NCBI GenBank assembly: GCA_022791775.1
Contig: JAAVZT010000003.1
Location: 38,980 to 102,979, forward strand
Direction: 5' to 3'
From: Bacilli bacterium
GTDB taxonomy: Bacteria; Bacillota_I; Bacilli_A; RF39; UBA660
Length of the DNA stretch: 64,000 nt
This document shows, in pieces, positions 54,738 through 64,000 of this stretch. A program made the position numbers and the translations under genes. The first letter of the stretch is position 1; each line of letters starts with the position of its first letter. Below the pieces are notes generated by a model. That model saw only the letters and a program-made list of their open reading frames with translations. It was not told the origin of the DNA and made no database searches.

Positions 54738-54797
54738 TAAAAAAAAAGGAAATTGGGCTTTTATCAGTAATGTATAATATTGTAAGGAGGTTTACAA

Positions 54798-56540
54798 ATG
54801 TTTCACATTGAAGAATCTGAAATTAATCAGATTCGTGAAAATGCTGATATTGTTGAGATAATTAGTAGTTATATACCTCTCACCCAAAAAGGAAAAAATT
54901 ATTTTGGTGTGTGCCCATTTCATAATGATCATGCTCCAAGTATGAGTGTATCCAAAGAAAAAGGAATTTTCAAATGTTTTTCTTGTGGAGCAACTGGAAA
55001 TGTATTTAAATTTGTCGCCGATTTTGAAAATATAGGATTTGTACAAGCCGTCAAAAGAGTCGCCGAAAAAATAGGAATGAATTTAAAAAGCGATATACCA
55101 ATCAAAACAGAAACGAAGCACCAAAAAGAATATCAAATTATGGAATTAAGTACGCTGTTTTTTCAAAATAATCTTTTAACGAGTGAAGGCGAAAGAGCTA
55201 TGAGGTATCTAAAGTCGCGCGGATTAAATGAAACCATAGTAAAAGAGTTTCAAATTGGTTTAGCGCTAGATAAAAATAGTTTATACCAATTATTACATCA
55301 GAAAAAATACCAAGATCAGCTCTTATTCAATTTAGGATTAATCAATCAAAATGGATTAAACTTTTATGATGTTTTTAAGAATCGAATTATGTTTCCGATT
55401 CATAATATAAATGGAGAACCAGTTGGTTTTACTGGGCGTATCTATCTACCAACCAGCCCTCCACCAAAATATCTAAATAGTAAAGAGACCATAATATTTA
55501 AAAAGGGAAACATTTTATTTAATTACCATCGAGCAAAAGATGCGGTTCGTTTAGAAAAAAAATTAATTATTGTTGAAGGAAATATGGATGCGATTCGTAT
55601 GTCTGCAAATGGCTTTAAAAATACGATCGCTTTAATGGGAGTTAGCTTAACAAATTATCAAATAAGTGAAATTAAAAAACTGCGAGTTCCAGTGATTTTA
55701 ATGTTAGATAATGATCGAGCAGGGGCTACAGCAACCTACCAATTAGGTACCATACTAGAAAAAGAAAAGATTGTAGTAAATGTCGTGCGTTTAAGTGGGG
55801 AAAAAGATCCAGATGAATACATTGTTAAAAATGGTATTGATGCAATGCAAGAAAATTTAAATGCCGCAATTTCCTTTTTAGAATTTAAATTATCCTATTT
55901 AAAACAAGATAAAAATTTAGAAGATAGTGAAGAATTAGCTAATTATTTAAAAGAAGTATTAAATAATTTAAAAGAGACTAACGATCCGATTTTACAAGAT
56001 ATAACCTTAAAAAAATTAAACCAAGAGTATAATTTATCCTATGATATATTAAAAGAAGAACTAAATCGCTATGAAAAAAAGAAGCAATTACAAGAAGAAA
56101 TCATCAAACAAAATTTACCAAAAAAAGAGCGAAAGAATAAATATCAAGATGGGTTAAATCACATTTTATATTTTATGATGAATGATAGTAAATATATTAA
56201 AATGTATAAAAGCAAATTAGGATTTATAGAAAATCCAATTTATCGAAATATAGCTAATGAGATTTTAGGATATTATGAAATAAAGAAAAAGATAGAATTA
56301 GCAGACTTTTTATCCTATATTGAAACGAGTAAATTAAAAGATGAAGTTTATGAATTAATAAAAAATATAAAAGATGATAACATGAGTGAAAAAATTATGG
56401 AAGAATATATTATTTCCATCAAAAGAATACGAAAAGAAAAAGAAATTGAACGTTTAAAAGAAGAACAACGAAATGAATTAGATGCCAATAAAAAAATTGA
56501 AATTGGAATGCGAATTCAACAAATCAAGAAAGAAGTGTAG
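54798..56540 (+). CDS. dnaG: DNA primase
   Basis: Zinc-ribbon CPFHNDHAPSMSV...CFSCG, TOPRIM domain (EGNMDAI, DNDRAG). Confidence 0.9.
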   Translation: MFHIEESEINQIRENADIVEIISSYIPLTQKGKNYFGVCPFHNDHAPSMSVSKEKGIFKCFSCGATGNVFKFVADFENIGFVQAVKRVAEKIGMNLKSDIPIKTETKHQKEYQIMELSTLFFQNNLLTSEGERAMRYLKSRGLNETIVKEFQIGLALDKNSLYQLLHQKKYQDQLLFNLGLINQNGLNFYDVFKNRIMFPIHNINGEPVGFTGRIYLPTSPPPKYLNSKETIIFKKGNILFNYHRAKDAVRLEKKLIIVEGNMDAIRMSANGFKNTIALMGVSLTNYQISEIKKLRVPVILMLDNDRAGATATYQLGTILEKEKIVVNVVRLSGEKDPDEYIVKNGIDAMQENLNAAISFLEFKLSYLKQDKNLEDSEELANYLKEVLNNLKETNDPILQDITLKKLNQEYNLSYDILKEELNRYEKKKQLQEEIIKQNLPKKERKNKYQDGLNHILYFMMNDSKYIKMYKSKLGFIENPIYRNIANEILGYYEIKKKIELADFLSYIETSKLKDEVYELIKNIKDDNMSEKIMEEYIISIKRIRKEKEIERLKEEQRNELDANKKIEIGMRIQQIKKEV

Positions 56541-56543
56541 AGA

Positions 56544-57836
56544 ATGAAGAAAAAAAATAGTATGGCTGTCAAAAATTTAATGGAACTTCAAAAAATACAA
56601 GGATATTTAACCATTGCAGATTTAAAAGAACAACAAGAAATTGGCTCTTTACAAGAAGAGGATGTAAAAGAAGTAATTGAGAGTTTAAAAAAAGTACAAA
56701 TAGAATTTTTAGAAAAAGCTCCGAAACAAGAAAAAAAGAAAGTAAGTAAATTAGTAGAAGTAAAAACATTTGAAGAACGAAAAGAAGAACTAATTCAAAA
56801 AGGAAAAGAAAAAGGAGCCATTACTTTTGAAGAATTGGCCGCAGCTTTAAAAGGCTTAGATGTTGATAATGATTCTTTAGATGAATTATATAATGCATTA
56901 ATGGAAAATAATATTGAAGTAGTTTCAGAAGAGGATAGTGCTTCTGCAGGAAAGAGCATGGAAGAACCTGTTATTTTGAGTGATAATGAAATTACAAAGG
57001 ATGTAAATATTAATGATCCAGTTCGGATGTATTTAAAAGAAATTGGAAGGATTCCTTTATTAAGTGCTGAGGAAGAATTAGCGTTATCAGTTCGAGTAGC
57101 AAATGGAGAAGAAGAAGCTAAAAATCGTCTTGCCGAATCTAACTTACGTTTGGTAGTTAGCATTGCCAAGCGATATGTGGGTAGGGGATTATTATTTTTA
57201 GATTTAATTCAAGAAGGAAATATTGGACTAATGAAAGCTGTTGATAAATTTGATTACGATAAAGGGTATAAGTTTTCAACTTATGCTACTTGGTGGATCA
57301 GACAAGCAATAACAAGAGCCCTAGCAGATCAAGCGAGAACGATTCGGGTTCCTGTTCATATGGTGGAAACCATAAATAAAATGGCTCGAATTCAAAGACA
57401 ATTGACACTAGAATTAAATCGAGAACCAAGTGAAGAAGAAATTGCGAAAAAAATGGGAATAACAGTCGAAAAAGTACGAGAAGTCATTAAAATTAGTCAA
57501 GACCCCGTTTCGCTTGAAACACCGATTGGGGAAGAAGATGATTCTCATTTAGGAGATTTTGTCAAAGATATTAATGCTATGACACCAGAAGAATATGCCA
57601 CAAATGAGATTTTAAAAGAGGAAATTAAAGCGGTATTAGAAACATTACAAGAAAGAGAACAAGAAGTATTAGAATTACGTTTTGGACTAATAGATGGAAC
57701 GAGTCATACCTTAGAAGAAGTAGGAAAAAAATTCAATGTAACGAGAGAACGTATTCGACAAATAGAAGCCAAAGCCTTGCGAAAATTACGTCATCCTTCT
57801 CGGGCCAAAAAATTGAAAGATTTCTTGACAGATTAA
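56544..57836 (+). CDS. sigA: RNA polymerase primary sigma factor
   Basis: Regions 1.2-4.2 including [19 protein letters not shown] and the region 4.2 HTH. In an operon with dnaG. Confidence 0.9.
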   Translation: MKKKNSMAVKNLMELQKIQGYLTIADLKEQQEIGSLQEEDVKEVIESLKKVQIEFLEKAPKQEKKKVSKLVEVKTFEERKEELIQKGKEKGAITFEELAAALKGLDVDNDSLDELYNALMENNIEVVSEEDSASAGKSMEEPVILSDNEITKDVNINDPVRMYLKEIGRIPLLSAEEELALSVRVANGEEEAKNRLAESNLRLVVSIAKRYVGRGLLFLDLIQEGNIGLMKAVDKFDYDKGYKFSTYATWWIRQAITRALADQARTIRVPVHMVETINKMARIQRQLTLELNREPSEEEIAKKMGITVEKVREVIKISQDPVSLETPIGEEDDSHLGDFVKDINAMTPEEYATNEILKEEIKAVLETLQEREQEVLELRFGLIDGTSHTLEEVGKKFNVTRERIRQIEAKALRKLRHPSRAKKLKDFLTD

Positions 57837-58519
57837 TGAAACAAAAGAGATTAGACGCCATTTGTGCGTTTTTAGATCCCAACGATTGTATTATCGATAT
57901 TGGTTGTGATCATGCTTATGTACCAATTGAAATGGCGAAAAGAGGAGCAAAAAAAATACTTGCTACCGATATTCATGAAAAAGCTTTGGAAATAGCCAAA
58001 AAAAACATTCAAAGAGAGCATTTGGAAAAAAAAATTACCTGTTTGGTAGCTGACGGTCTAAAAAAAGTAGATGTAAACGGATATGATACCCTTGTAATCG
58101 CTGGTATGGGAACAAATACTATAAAAAAGATACTAAATAATCCCAAAAAATTACAAGCAATTCAAAAAGTAATCATTCAATCAAATAACGACTTAAAAGA
58201 ACTGCGTCAGTTTTTGTCATCTTTACGATTTCAATTAATCGACGAAATTGTTTTACTTGAAAAAAATCATTACTATACGATTATGAAATGGAAAAAGGGC
58301 ACGTCTAAATTATCCAAAACAGAAGAAGAGTTAGGGATTTGGAGACAAGAAAATTTAGAATATTATCAAGTCTTAGAAGCAAAGTTTTTGGAAATAAAAC
58401 AAAAAATACCTCTTTTTCATATCAAAAAGCGATTCCAAATTTGGAGAAAAAAAACAAAAATAAAAACTTATATAAAAAAATCACAGAAAAAAAACAGGGG
58501 CATGATCGGACTGTTGTGA
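57836..58519 (+). CDS. trmK: tRNA (adenine22-N1)-methyltransferase TrmK (YqfN)
   Basis: DIGCDHAYVPI SAM-binding motif. Sits in the conserved position after sigA. Confidence 0.7.
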   Translation: MKQKRLDAICAFLDPNDCIIDIGCDHAYVPIEMAKRGAKKILATDIHEKALEIAKKNIQREHLEKKITCLVADGLKKVDVNGYDTLVIAGMGTNTIKKILNNPKKLQAIQKVIIQSNNDLKELRQFLSSLRFQLIDEIVLLEKNHYYTIMKWKKGTSKLSKTEEELGIWRQENLEYYQVLEAKFLEIKQKIPLFHIKKRFQIWRKKTKIKTYIKKSQKKNRGMIGLL

Positions 58520-58783
58520 GCCGATTGGTTCCGAAATTTGCTGTACTTTTGAAGATGTAGTAACCGGAATAGAAGGCGTTTTGCTTTCTTTTTTGATAGG
58601 ATTTTTTTCACTCGGAGTCGAAAATTCTTTTAAAACACGAAAAGCACTTTTCGCATTTTGAATCATGGGTTTAGCTTGTTGATAGATAGGGATTACTTGA
58701 TTTGCAATGGATAATGTTTTATTTAATCCAGATAATATTTTAACAAAGGAAAGACCTTTTCCAACAGCTTCAGTACCAAACAT
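58481..58783 (-). CDS. hypothetical protein (doubtful)
   Basis: ORF only. Low complexity. Convergent with trmK. Confidence 0.2.
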   Translation of the reverse strand: MFGTEAVGKGLSFVKILSGLNKTLSIANQVIPIYQQAKPMIQNAKSAFRVLKEFSTPSEKNPIKKESKTPSIPVTTSSKVQQISEPIGSQQSDHAPVFFL

Positions 58784-58907
58784 ACTATCACTTCCTTATT
58801 ATAATATATGAAAAAAAAGAAAAAAATTCTCCTTTCAAAAAATAGTCTTTTAAGCGTCAGACGAATGTGTTATAATAAAAAATAAGAAAAGAATAGGGAG
58901 GAAACTT

Positions 58908-60530
58908 ATGAATATGAATCCAACCACTGTAGAATCTAATAATAAAAATCCTTTCAAATTGCCATCTTTAGGTCTATTTATTACCTTTAAAACTATTGTG
59001 GAATATGTTATCTTAATTATTCAATTTGCTTTTCGCGGCTTTAAATTTTTAACAATTGATTTATTCATGGCTCTTTATAACGCTCTAAGTGGAGGAGTCG
59101 ATCATGCCTATCAAAAAACAAAACATATCGTCACAAAGGATAATATTGCTCCATCTACAGCTCCTAAAAAAGAAAGCATTTTAAATGCAGATCTATCAAC
59201 ATTATTTAAAAATTCCTTTTTTATGAAAAAAAAATTAGCCAAATTAGAAGCTCAGAAAATAGCCTTAGCAGAAGAACTAAAAGGAAATGGAGCTATCCGT
59301 TCTAAAGAACCCAAAGTATTTAAATTTACTGCCAAAAACAAAAATGGTAAAATTGAATCAGGGGTAATTAGTGGGTTTAGTAAATTAGATGTTAATACGT
59401 TCTTAGTTCAAGAAGAATACGAAGTATATAATATTATATCAAACGAGTGGACCGAATTTATATATGGACAAACAAGCATCTTTACTCCAAAAATGAAAAC
59501 GAAAGACTTATTATTTTGGTTAACACAATTATCTACTTATATTAAAAGTGGAATTACTTTAACAGACTCAATTAAAATCTTAAATAACCAAATGGGCAAA
59601 AACAAAAATTATAAAAGAGCTTTTCAGTCAATTGTTTACGAGTTAACCATGGGGGAATCATTCTCGAAAGCTTTAGAAAAACAAGGTGTCATGTTTCCAG
59701 CCTTACTCATCAATATGATTAAAGCTGCAGAGGCAACTGGTGAATTAGAAGAAACGTTGAGTGATATGGCCAATTATTACGATGAAATTGATAAAACCCA
59801 TAAACAAATGATCAGTGCAATTACCTATCCATCTGTTATTTTAGTATTTTCCATTGCAGTTATTACATTTATCTTAGTTTTTATCATTCCGCAATTTGTT
59901 GAAATTTATAAAGAATCTGAAGTAGAAATAAATGGTTTAACCTTATTTATTATCCATATGAGTGATTTCTTGAAAGAAAATATAGGATTTTTATTGATCA
60001 TTGCTATAGCGAGCATTGCAGTATTAATCTTTTCTTATCAAAAAGTAAAAGCATTTCGAAAAAGTATGCAAACTTTTTTAATGCATGTTCCCGTTTTTGG
60101 CAAAATTATGATATATAATGAAATGGCTGTTTTTGCCAAAACATTTTCTTCCTTATTACGAAATAATGTATTTATTACCGAAAGTATTGATATTTTGAGT
60201 AAGATTACAAATAATGAGATTTATAAAGAAATTATGTATAATACCATTAATAATATTGTAAAAGGGGAAAAAATAAGCGAAGCCTTTAAAAACCAATGGG
60301 CTGTTCCAGAAGTGGCATATTATATGATCGTAACAGGAGAATCAACTGGGCAATTAGCAGAAATGATGAGCAAAGTTAGTAGCTATTACCAAGAAATGCA
60401 TCGTAGTATTATTTCCAGCTTAAAAGCCTTCATAGAACCAGTATTGATTACCTTTCTTGCTGTAATTGTCGGAGGAATCATTTTAGCTGTTATTGTACCA
60501 ATGTTTAATTTAATGAACCAATTTGGGTAG
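58908..60530 (+). CDS. comGB: type II secretion / type IV pilus / competence platform protein (GspF/PilC/ComGB family) with a roughly 130-aa N-terminal extension
   Basis: Two T2SSF domains starting near FKFTAKNKNGKIESGVISGFS. GGGAGG ribosome-binding site before the ATG at 58908. Confidence 0.75.
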   Translation: MNMNPTTVESNNKNPFKLPSLGLFITFKTIVEYVILIIQFAFRGFKFLTIDLFMALYNALSGGVDHAYQKTKHIVTKDNIAPSTAPKKESILNADLSTLFKNSFFMKKKLAKLEAQKIALAEELKGNGAIRSKEPKVFKFTAKNKNGKIESGVISGFSKLDVNTFLVQEEYEVYNIISNEWTEFIYGQTSIFTPKMKTKDLLFWLTQLSTYIKSGITLTDSIKILNNQMGKNKNYKRAFQSIVYELTMGESFSKALEKQGVMFPALLINMIKAAEATGELEETLSDMANYYDEIDKTHKQMISAITYPSVILVFSIAVITFILVFIIPQFVEIYKESEVEINGLTLFIIHMSDFLKENIGFLLIIAIASIAVLIFSYQKVKAFRKSMQTFLMHVPVFGKIMIYNEMAVFAKTFSSLLRNNVFITESIDILSKITNNEIYKEIMYNTINNIVKGEKISEAFKNQWAVPEVAYYMIVTGESTGQLAEMMSKVSSYYQEMHRSIISSLKAFIEPVLITFLAVIVGGIILAVIVPMFNLMNQFG

Positions 60531-60538
60531 GGGGATTT

Positions 60539-61306
60539 ATGAATTATTTGAATACAACATTCTTTATCATAATTGGAGCCATTTTAGGTTCCTTTTATGC
60601 TGTAATTGGGACAAGACTTCCCAAAAACGAATCTATTATATCACCGAGAAGTCACTGTGAATATTGTGGACATATATTATCTTGGTATGAGTTGATCCCA
60701 ATTCTTTCCTTTTTCTTCCAAAAAGGAAAATGCAGAAACTGTCATCATCATTTATCATCTATGTATCCATTAACAGAATTGGCAACAGGACTATTATTTG
60801 GAATATCCTATTATTATTTTGGAATATCTGAGAAATTTTTTCATTTGCTTCTTTTATCTAGCCTAGTCATAATTATATTTGTTAGTGATATGAAATATAT
60901 GATTATACTTGATTCGCCTTTAGTAATAAGTGGAATTGGAATCTTTTTATTAAATATTAGTTTCCATGGCATAGAAAAAGCGTTATTAAGTTTAGGAGCG
61001 GGATTTCTTTCCTTTTTGACCCTTTTTTTTATTGGAAAATTAGGAAACATTTTATTTCAAAAAGAAGCGATGGGTGGGGGAGATATAAAACTATCTTTTA
61101 TTATGGGAATGAGTTTAGGATACAAAATGTATTTAATTGCATTTATCTTAGCGACTTTCTTAGCCTTACCTTATGCGTTAGGATGTCTATTTTTCCAAAA
61201 AGATCATGAAGTTCCTTTTGGACCTTTTTTAGTATCTTCATTATGGATTGTCTTTTTCTTCTATGAAAAATTTCATTATATTATAACTTTTTTATTAAAC
61301 CTTTAA
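60539..61306 (+). CDS. comC: prepilin peptidase (A24 family; PilD/ComC)
   Basis: N-terminal CxxC...CxxC zinc motif (CEYCGH...CRNCHH), 8 TM helices, and the catalytic Asp region GGGDIKL. Confidence 0.85.
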   Translation: MNYLNTTFFIIIGAILGSFYAVIGTRLPKNESIISPRSHCEYCGHILSWYELIPILSFFFQKGKCRNCHHHLSSMYPLTELATGLLFGISYYYFGISEKFFHLLLLSSLVIIIFVSDMKYMIILDSPLVISGIGIFLLNISFHGIEKALLSLGAGFLSFLTLFFIGKLGNILFQKEAMGGGDIKLSFIMGMSLGYKMYLIAFILATFLALPYALGCLFFQKDHEVPFGPFLVSSLWIVFFFYEKFHYIITFLLNL

Positions 61307-61338
61307 CGAATTCAAAACAATATGATATACTAAAGAAG

Positions 61339-61848
61339 GTGAGAAGTATGTTAGATTGGCTAACTAAAGAATTAGCTTGCATAGGATTTATTGGAAGCAT
61401 TATAGTATTTCTTCTATGCTTTCCATGGATTAAAAAAATATACAAACATTATGAAGAAATTATGAATTACTTAATCGTGGGGGTTTTAACAACCATTGTT
61501 AGCTTAGTAATTTATTATGGACTTGTATTTACGATATTAAATCCAAACAAAGCCTTAGAGTTACAAATTGCTAATATAATATCCTGGATCGGGGCAGTTT
61601 TATTTGCGTATATTACCAATCGGCGCTATGTATTTAAAAGTCAGAATAAAGAAACAAAAAAAGAATTTTGTTCCTTTTTTGGCTCTCGATTATTAACCTT
61701 AGGACTAGATATGGGAATTATGTTTTTAGGTGTAACCATATGTCATCAAAGTGATAAAAGTATGAAATTGCTCTCACAAATATTAGTAATTATAGGCAAT
61801 TATATTTTAAGTAAATTATTTGTATTTAAAAAGAAAACGGAAAAGTAA
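61339..61848 (+). CDS. GtrA-family membrane protein
   Basis: 4 TM helices. NRRYVF and the GNYILSKLFVF C-terminus are typical of GtrA. Confidence 0.65.
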   Translation: MRSMLDWLTKELACIGFIGSIIVFLLCFPWIKKIYKHYEEIMNYLIVGVLTTIVSLVIYYGLVFTILNPNKALELQIANIISWIGAVLFAYITNRRYVFKSQNKETKKEFCSFFGSRLLTLGLDMGIMFLGVTICHQSDKSMKLLSQILVIIGNYILSKLFVFKKKTEK

Positions 61849-61857
61849 TTTCCGTTT

Positions 61858-63246
61858 TTAAATGTCTAACGTTTCTAAAGCCGTTTCTTCACTGCTAGGT
61901 TCTACTTCTAAACTTTTTTTACCAAAAATAGCATCTTTAATTGCACTATCATGTTCTCCTAAGTCATCATCCACATCAATAACTCGTAATACTTCTTCGA
62001 AACTAGTAAGACCCTCTAAAACTTTATAAAGCCCGTCTTGTAAAATAGAAATCATATCTTGATTTTCATAAATCAAATGTCTCAAGTCTTCCTTTTTCAT
62101 ATTATTTACAATAGCATCTCGTAAATCTTGATTAATAATTAATACTTCATGTAAGGCTACTCGGCCATGATACCCATGATAACATTCGTTACAGCCCACA
62201 GGTGTATAAATATCAGTAATATCCATATTGAGTGCACTTTTAAAAACTTTTTGCTCATAAGGAGTTGCTTTTCGACTACTTCTACATTTTGGACACAATT
62301 TTTTACATAATCGTTGGGAAATAATACCTTCTAGGGCACTTCCTAATAAATATCGTTCTACATCCATATCGACAAGTCGTTCAATTGTATTTAGAGAGTT
62401 ATTTGTATGAATAGTAGATAAAACTAAGTGTCCAGTAATAGAAGCTCGAACGGCAATCCGGGCTGTTTCATTATCACGAATTTCTCCGATCATAATTACA
62501 TCGGGATCTTGACGAAGAATGCTTCGTAAAGCGCTCGCAAAGGTTAAACCAATTTCACTCATCGTTTGGACCTGATTGACTCCATTTAATTTCATTTCGA
62601 CTGGATCTTCAACAGTAATTACGTTGCGACTAATCGTATTTAATCGTTGTAAGATCGTATAAACTGTAGTAGACTTACCTGTCCCAGTGGCTCCAGTTAC
62701 TAATATAATTCCATTCGGCTTAGAAATCACTTTTAAGAGTTTTTCATAATTTGCTTCGGAAAATCCCAAAGTTTCCAAACCGCCAAGACTCATGGAATAA
62801 TCTAAAATACGGATAACCACTTTTTCTCCATACACAGTTGGCAGGGAACTGACACGCAAATCCAAATTAAGACCATCTACATTACTGCGAATCGCCCCAT
62901 CTTGAGGAAGACGAGATTCTGTAATATTCATTCCAGAAATAATTTTAATGCGAGTAATCAAATTCTTTTTTACAGCCATGGGTACTTCTGCATATTGAAT
63001 GAGTTCTCCATCAACTCGAATTCGCACAATTAAATTCCCAGGGGTTTGATCAAAATGAATATCACTTGCTTTTCGTCGCGCTGCATCAATTATCATATCA
63101 TTTACAATATCTACAATTGGCATATTGTCATAATCGTAATTCTTTAACACAAAATCACCAGTTCCTTTTATTCTTTCACTTATTATACAAAAAAAACCTT
63201 CAAAGAACAAGTTATAATCATAGATTTCAGATTCAAAATACGACAA
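61858..63246 (-). CDS. comGA: type II/IV secretion ATPase (GspE/PilB/ComGA family)
   Basis: Walker A VTGATGTGKSTT, Asp box, Walker B VIMIGEIRD, His box, and a C-terminal tetracysteine CxxC...CxxC. Confidence 0.85.
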   Translation of the reverse strand: MSYFESEIYDYNLFFEGFFCIISERIKGTGDFVLKNYDYDNMPIVDIVNDMIIDAARRKASDIHFDQTPGNLIVRIRVDGELIQYAEVPMAVKKNLITRIKIISGMNITESRLPQDGAIRSNVDGLNLDLRVSSLPTVYGEKVVIRILDYSMSLGGLETLGFSEANYEKLLKVISKPNGIILVTGATGTGKSTTVYTILQRLNTISRNVITVEDPVEMKLNGVNQVQTMSEIGLTFASALRSILRQDPDVIMIGEIRDNETARIAVRASITGHLVLSTIHTNNSLNTIERLVDMDVERYLLGSALEGIISQRLCKKLCPKCRSSRKATPYEQKVFKSALNMDITDIYTPVGCNECYHGYHGRVALHEVLIINQDLRDAIVNNMKKEDLRHLIYENQDMISILQDGLYKVLEGLTSFEEVLRVIDVDDDLGEHDSAIKDAIFGKKSLEVEPSSEETALETLDI

Positions 63247-63279
63247 AAAACATCAGAACATTATGGTATATCAAAAGAG

Positions 63280-63726
63280 GTGAGAAAAATGAAAAAAACA
63301 CTTATCATAATTATCATAGCGTTTCTTTTAGGAGCAAGTTTATCCTTTATTACTGTATTTGAATTAAAGGATCATTTAAATTTGTTTTGGGATGAAAATT
63401 TAGTGACTGCTTTTCAAATTGGAGTTTATAAATCAAAAGAAAATGCTTCCAAAATTGCAGAAGAATATCCAAATTCGATTACAATCCAGGATGGGGAATA
63501 TTATCGAGTTTATGTAGGAGTAGCAGCGAGTGATTCGTGGATCGAGTCTCTAGAAACCTATTTTTTAGATAAAAAAATGAATGTGTTTCCCAAAGAAGTG
63601 AAGGTAACATCTACTTTTTTTCAAGAACTAAATCAATATGAATCTCTTTTTGAAGTCACCGATACAAAGACTTATGAGCAATTAAATGGGGAAATATTAA
63701 AGAAATTTGCAGGACAACTTGTATGA
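63280..63726 (+). CDS. SPOR-domain (peptidoglycan-binding) membrane-anchored protein
   Basis: N-terminal TM segment. AFQIGVYKSKENASKIAEEY...GEYYRVYVGV fits the SPOR repeat pattern. Confidence 0.5.
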   Translation: MRKMKKTLIIIIIAFLLGASLSFITVFELKDHLNLFWDENLVTAFQIGVYKSKENASKIAEEYPNSITIQDGEYYRVYVGVAASDSWIESLETYFLDKKMNVFPKEVKVTSTFFQELNQYESLFEVTDTKTYEQLNGEILKKFAGQLV

Positions 63727-64000
63727 GTTTACTGATGAAGGAATTACCGCTTCAAGAGCGGCCGCGAGAAAAATTTAAAGAAAATGGAGTTGAGAGTTTA
63801 AGTGATGTAGATCTTTTAGCCATTTTATTAAGAACTGGAACCAAAGATATTTCCGTTCGTGATTTAGCTATGAAAATATTAATAGAACTAGAAAGTTTAG
63901 AAAATCTATCTAATACCTCATTAGAAAAACTATCTAAAATTCACGGAATAGGGGAAGTAAAAGCCATTACCCTGTTAAGTGCATTAGAGTTGGGGAAACG
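63723..64000 (+). CDS. radC: RadC-family (UPF0758, JAB-domain) protein. N-terminal part only; the gene continues beyond the window
   Basis: MKELPLQERPREKF...LSDVDLLAILLRTGTKDISV...KIHGIGEVKAITLLSALELG is the RadC N-terminal HhH region. The start overlaps the previous stop (ATGA). Confidence 0.75.
   Translation, partial: MSLLMKELPLQERPREKFKENGVESLSDVDLLAILLRTGTKDISVRDLAMKILIELESLENLSNTSLEKLSKIHGIGEVKAITLLSALELGK

Overview
This 64-kb window is from a low-GC (about 28-30 % GC), standard-code Firmicute that forms or once formed spores (gerE, a spoIIIAH homologue and a YjcZ-like tiny G/Y-rich protein are present). TGA is used as a stop codon, so genetic code 4 is ruled out.

The backbone is housekeeping with Bacilli/Erysipelotrichia-like gene order:
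- mscL; a TrmH-family methyltransferase, rimM, trmD and rplS (with an L19-leader-like hairpin); lepB; tsaC/yrdC; rbgA, rnhB, topA, xerC.
- ppdK, rnc, smc, def, an FtsW/RodA-type protein, comEA, comEC, holA, rnhC, cvpA, trxA, uvrC.
- dnaG, sigA, trmK, comGB / prepilin peptidase / comGA-type genes, a SPOR-domain protein and the start of radC.
- Seven tRNA genes (Leu-TAG, Ile2/Met-CAT, Gln-CTG, Ser-GCT, Lys-CTT, Glu-TTC, Ile-GAT) punctuate a 25.6-33.4 kb accessory stretch.

Accessory content judged most interesting:
1. A class-II-bacteriocin-like locus at 2.6-5.5 kb. A peptidase-C39 ABC exporter is followed by a small lipoprotein and two unannotated genes for peptides with double-glycine leaders. 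Both genes are under 60 aa and are absent from the ORF track.
2. A sortase-dependent surface-protein locus at 51.7-54.7 kb. Two paralogous CnaB/SpaA-type proteins carry non-canonical C-terminal sorting signals of the form VP(D/N)TYQ. One carries a thioester-like YCLEP...AQLLIW motif pair; its paralog has Gln in place of the Cys. A SrtA-like sortase follows.
3. A degenerate, orphan RnfC/RnfD-like pair directly upstream of the sortase locus.
4. A tRNA-flanked island. It contains a 570-aa protein built from eleven 30-aa Cys-containing repeats and ending NPQTG plus a hydrophobic/basic tail, a NodB deacetylase, a Cys/His/Asp protein of unknown fold, a methyltransferase gene remnant, and a promoter/terminator-bounded non-coding unit.

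No CRISPR array, rRNA gene or obvious integrase/transposase is present. All calls are from sequence inspection and remembered family signatures. No database search was run.
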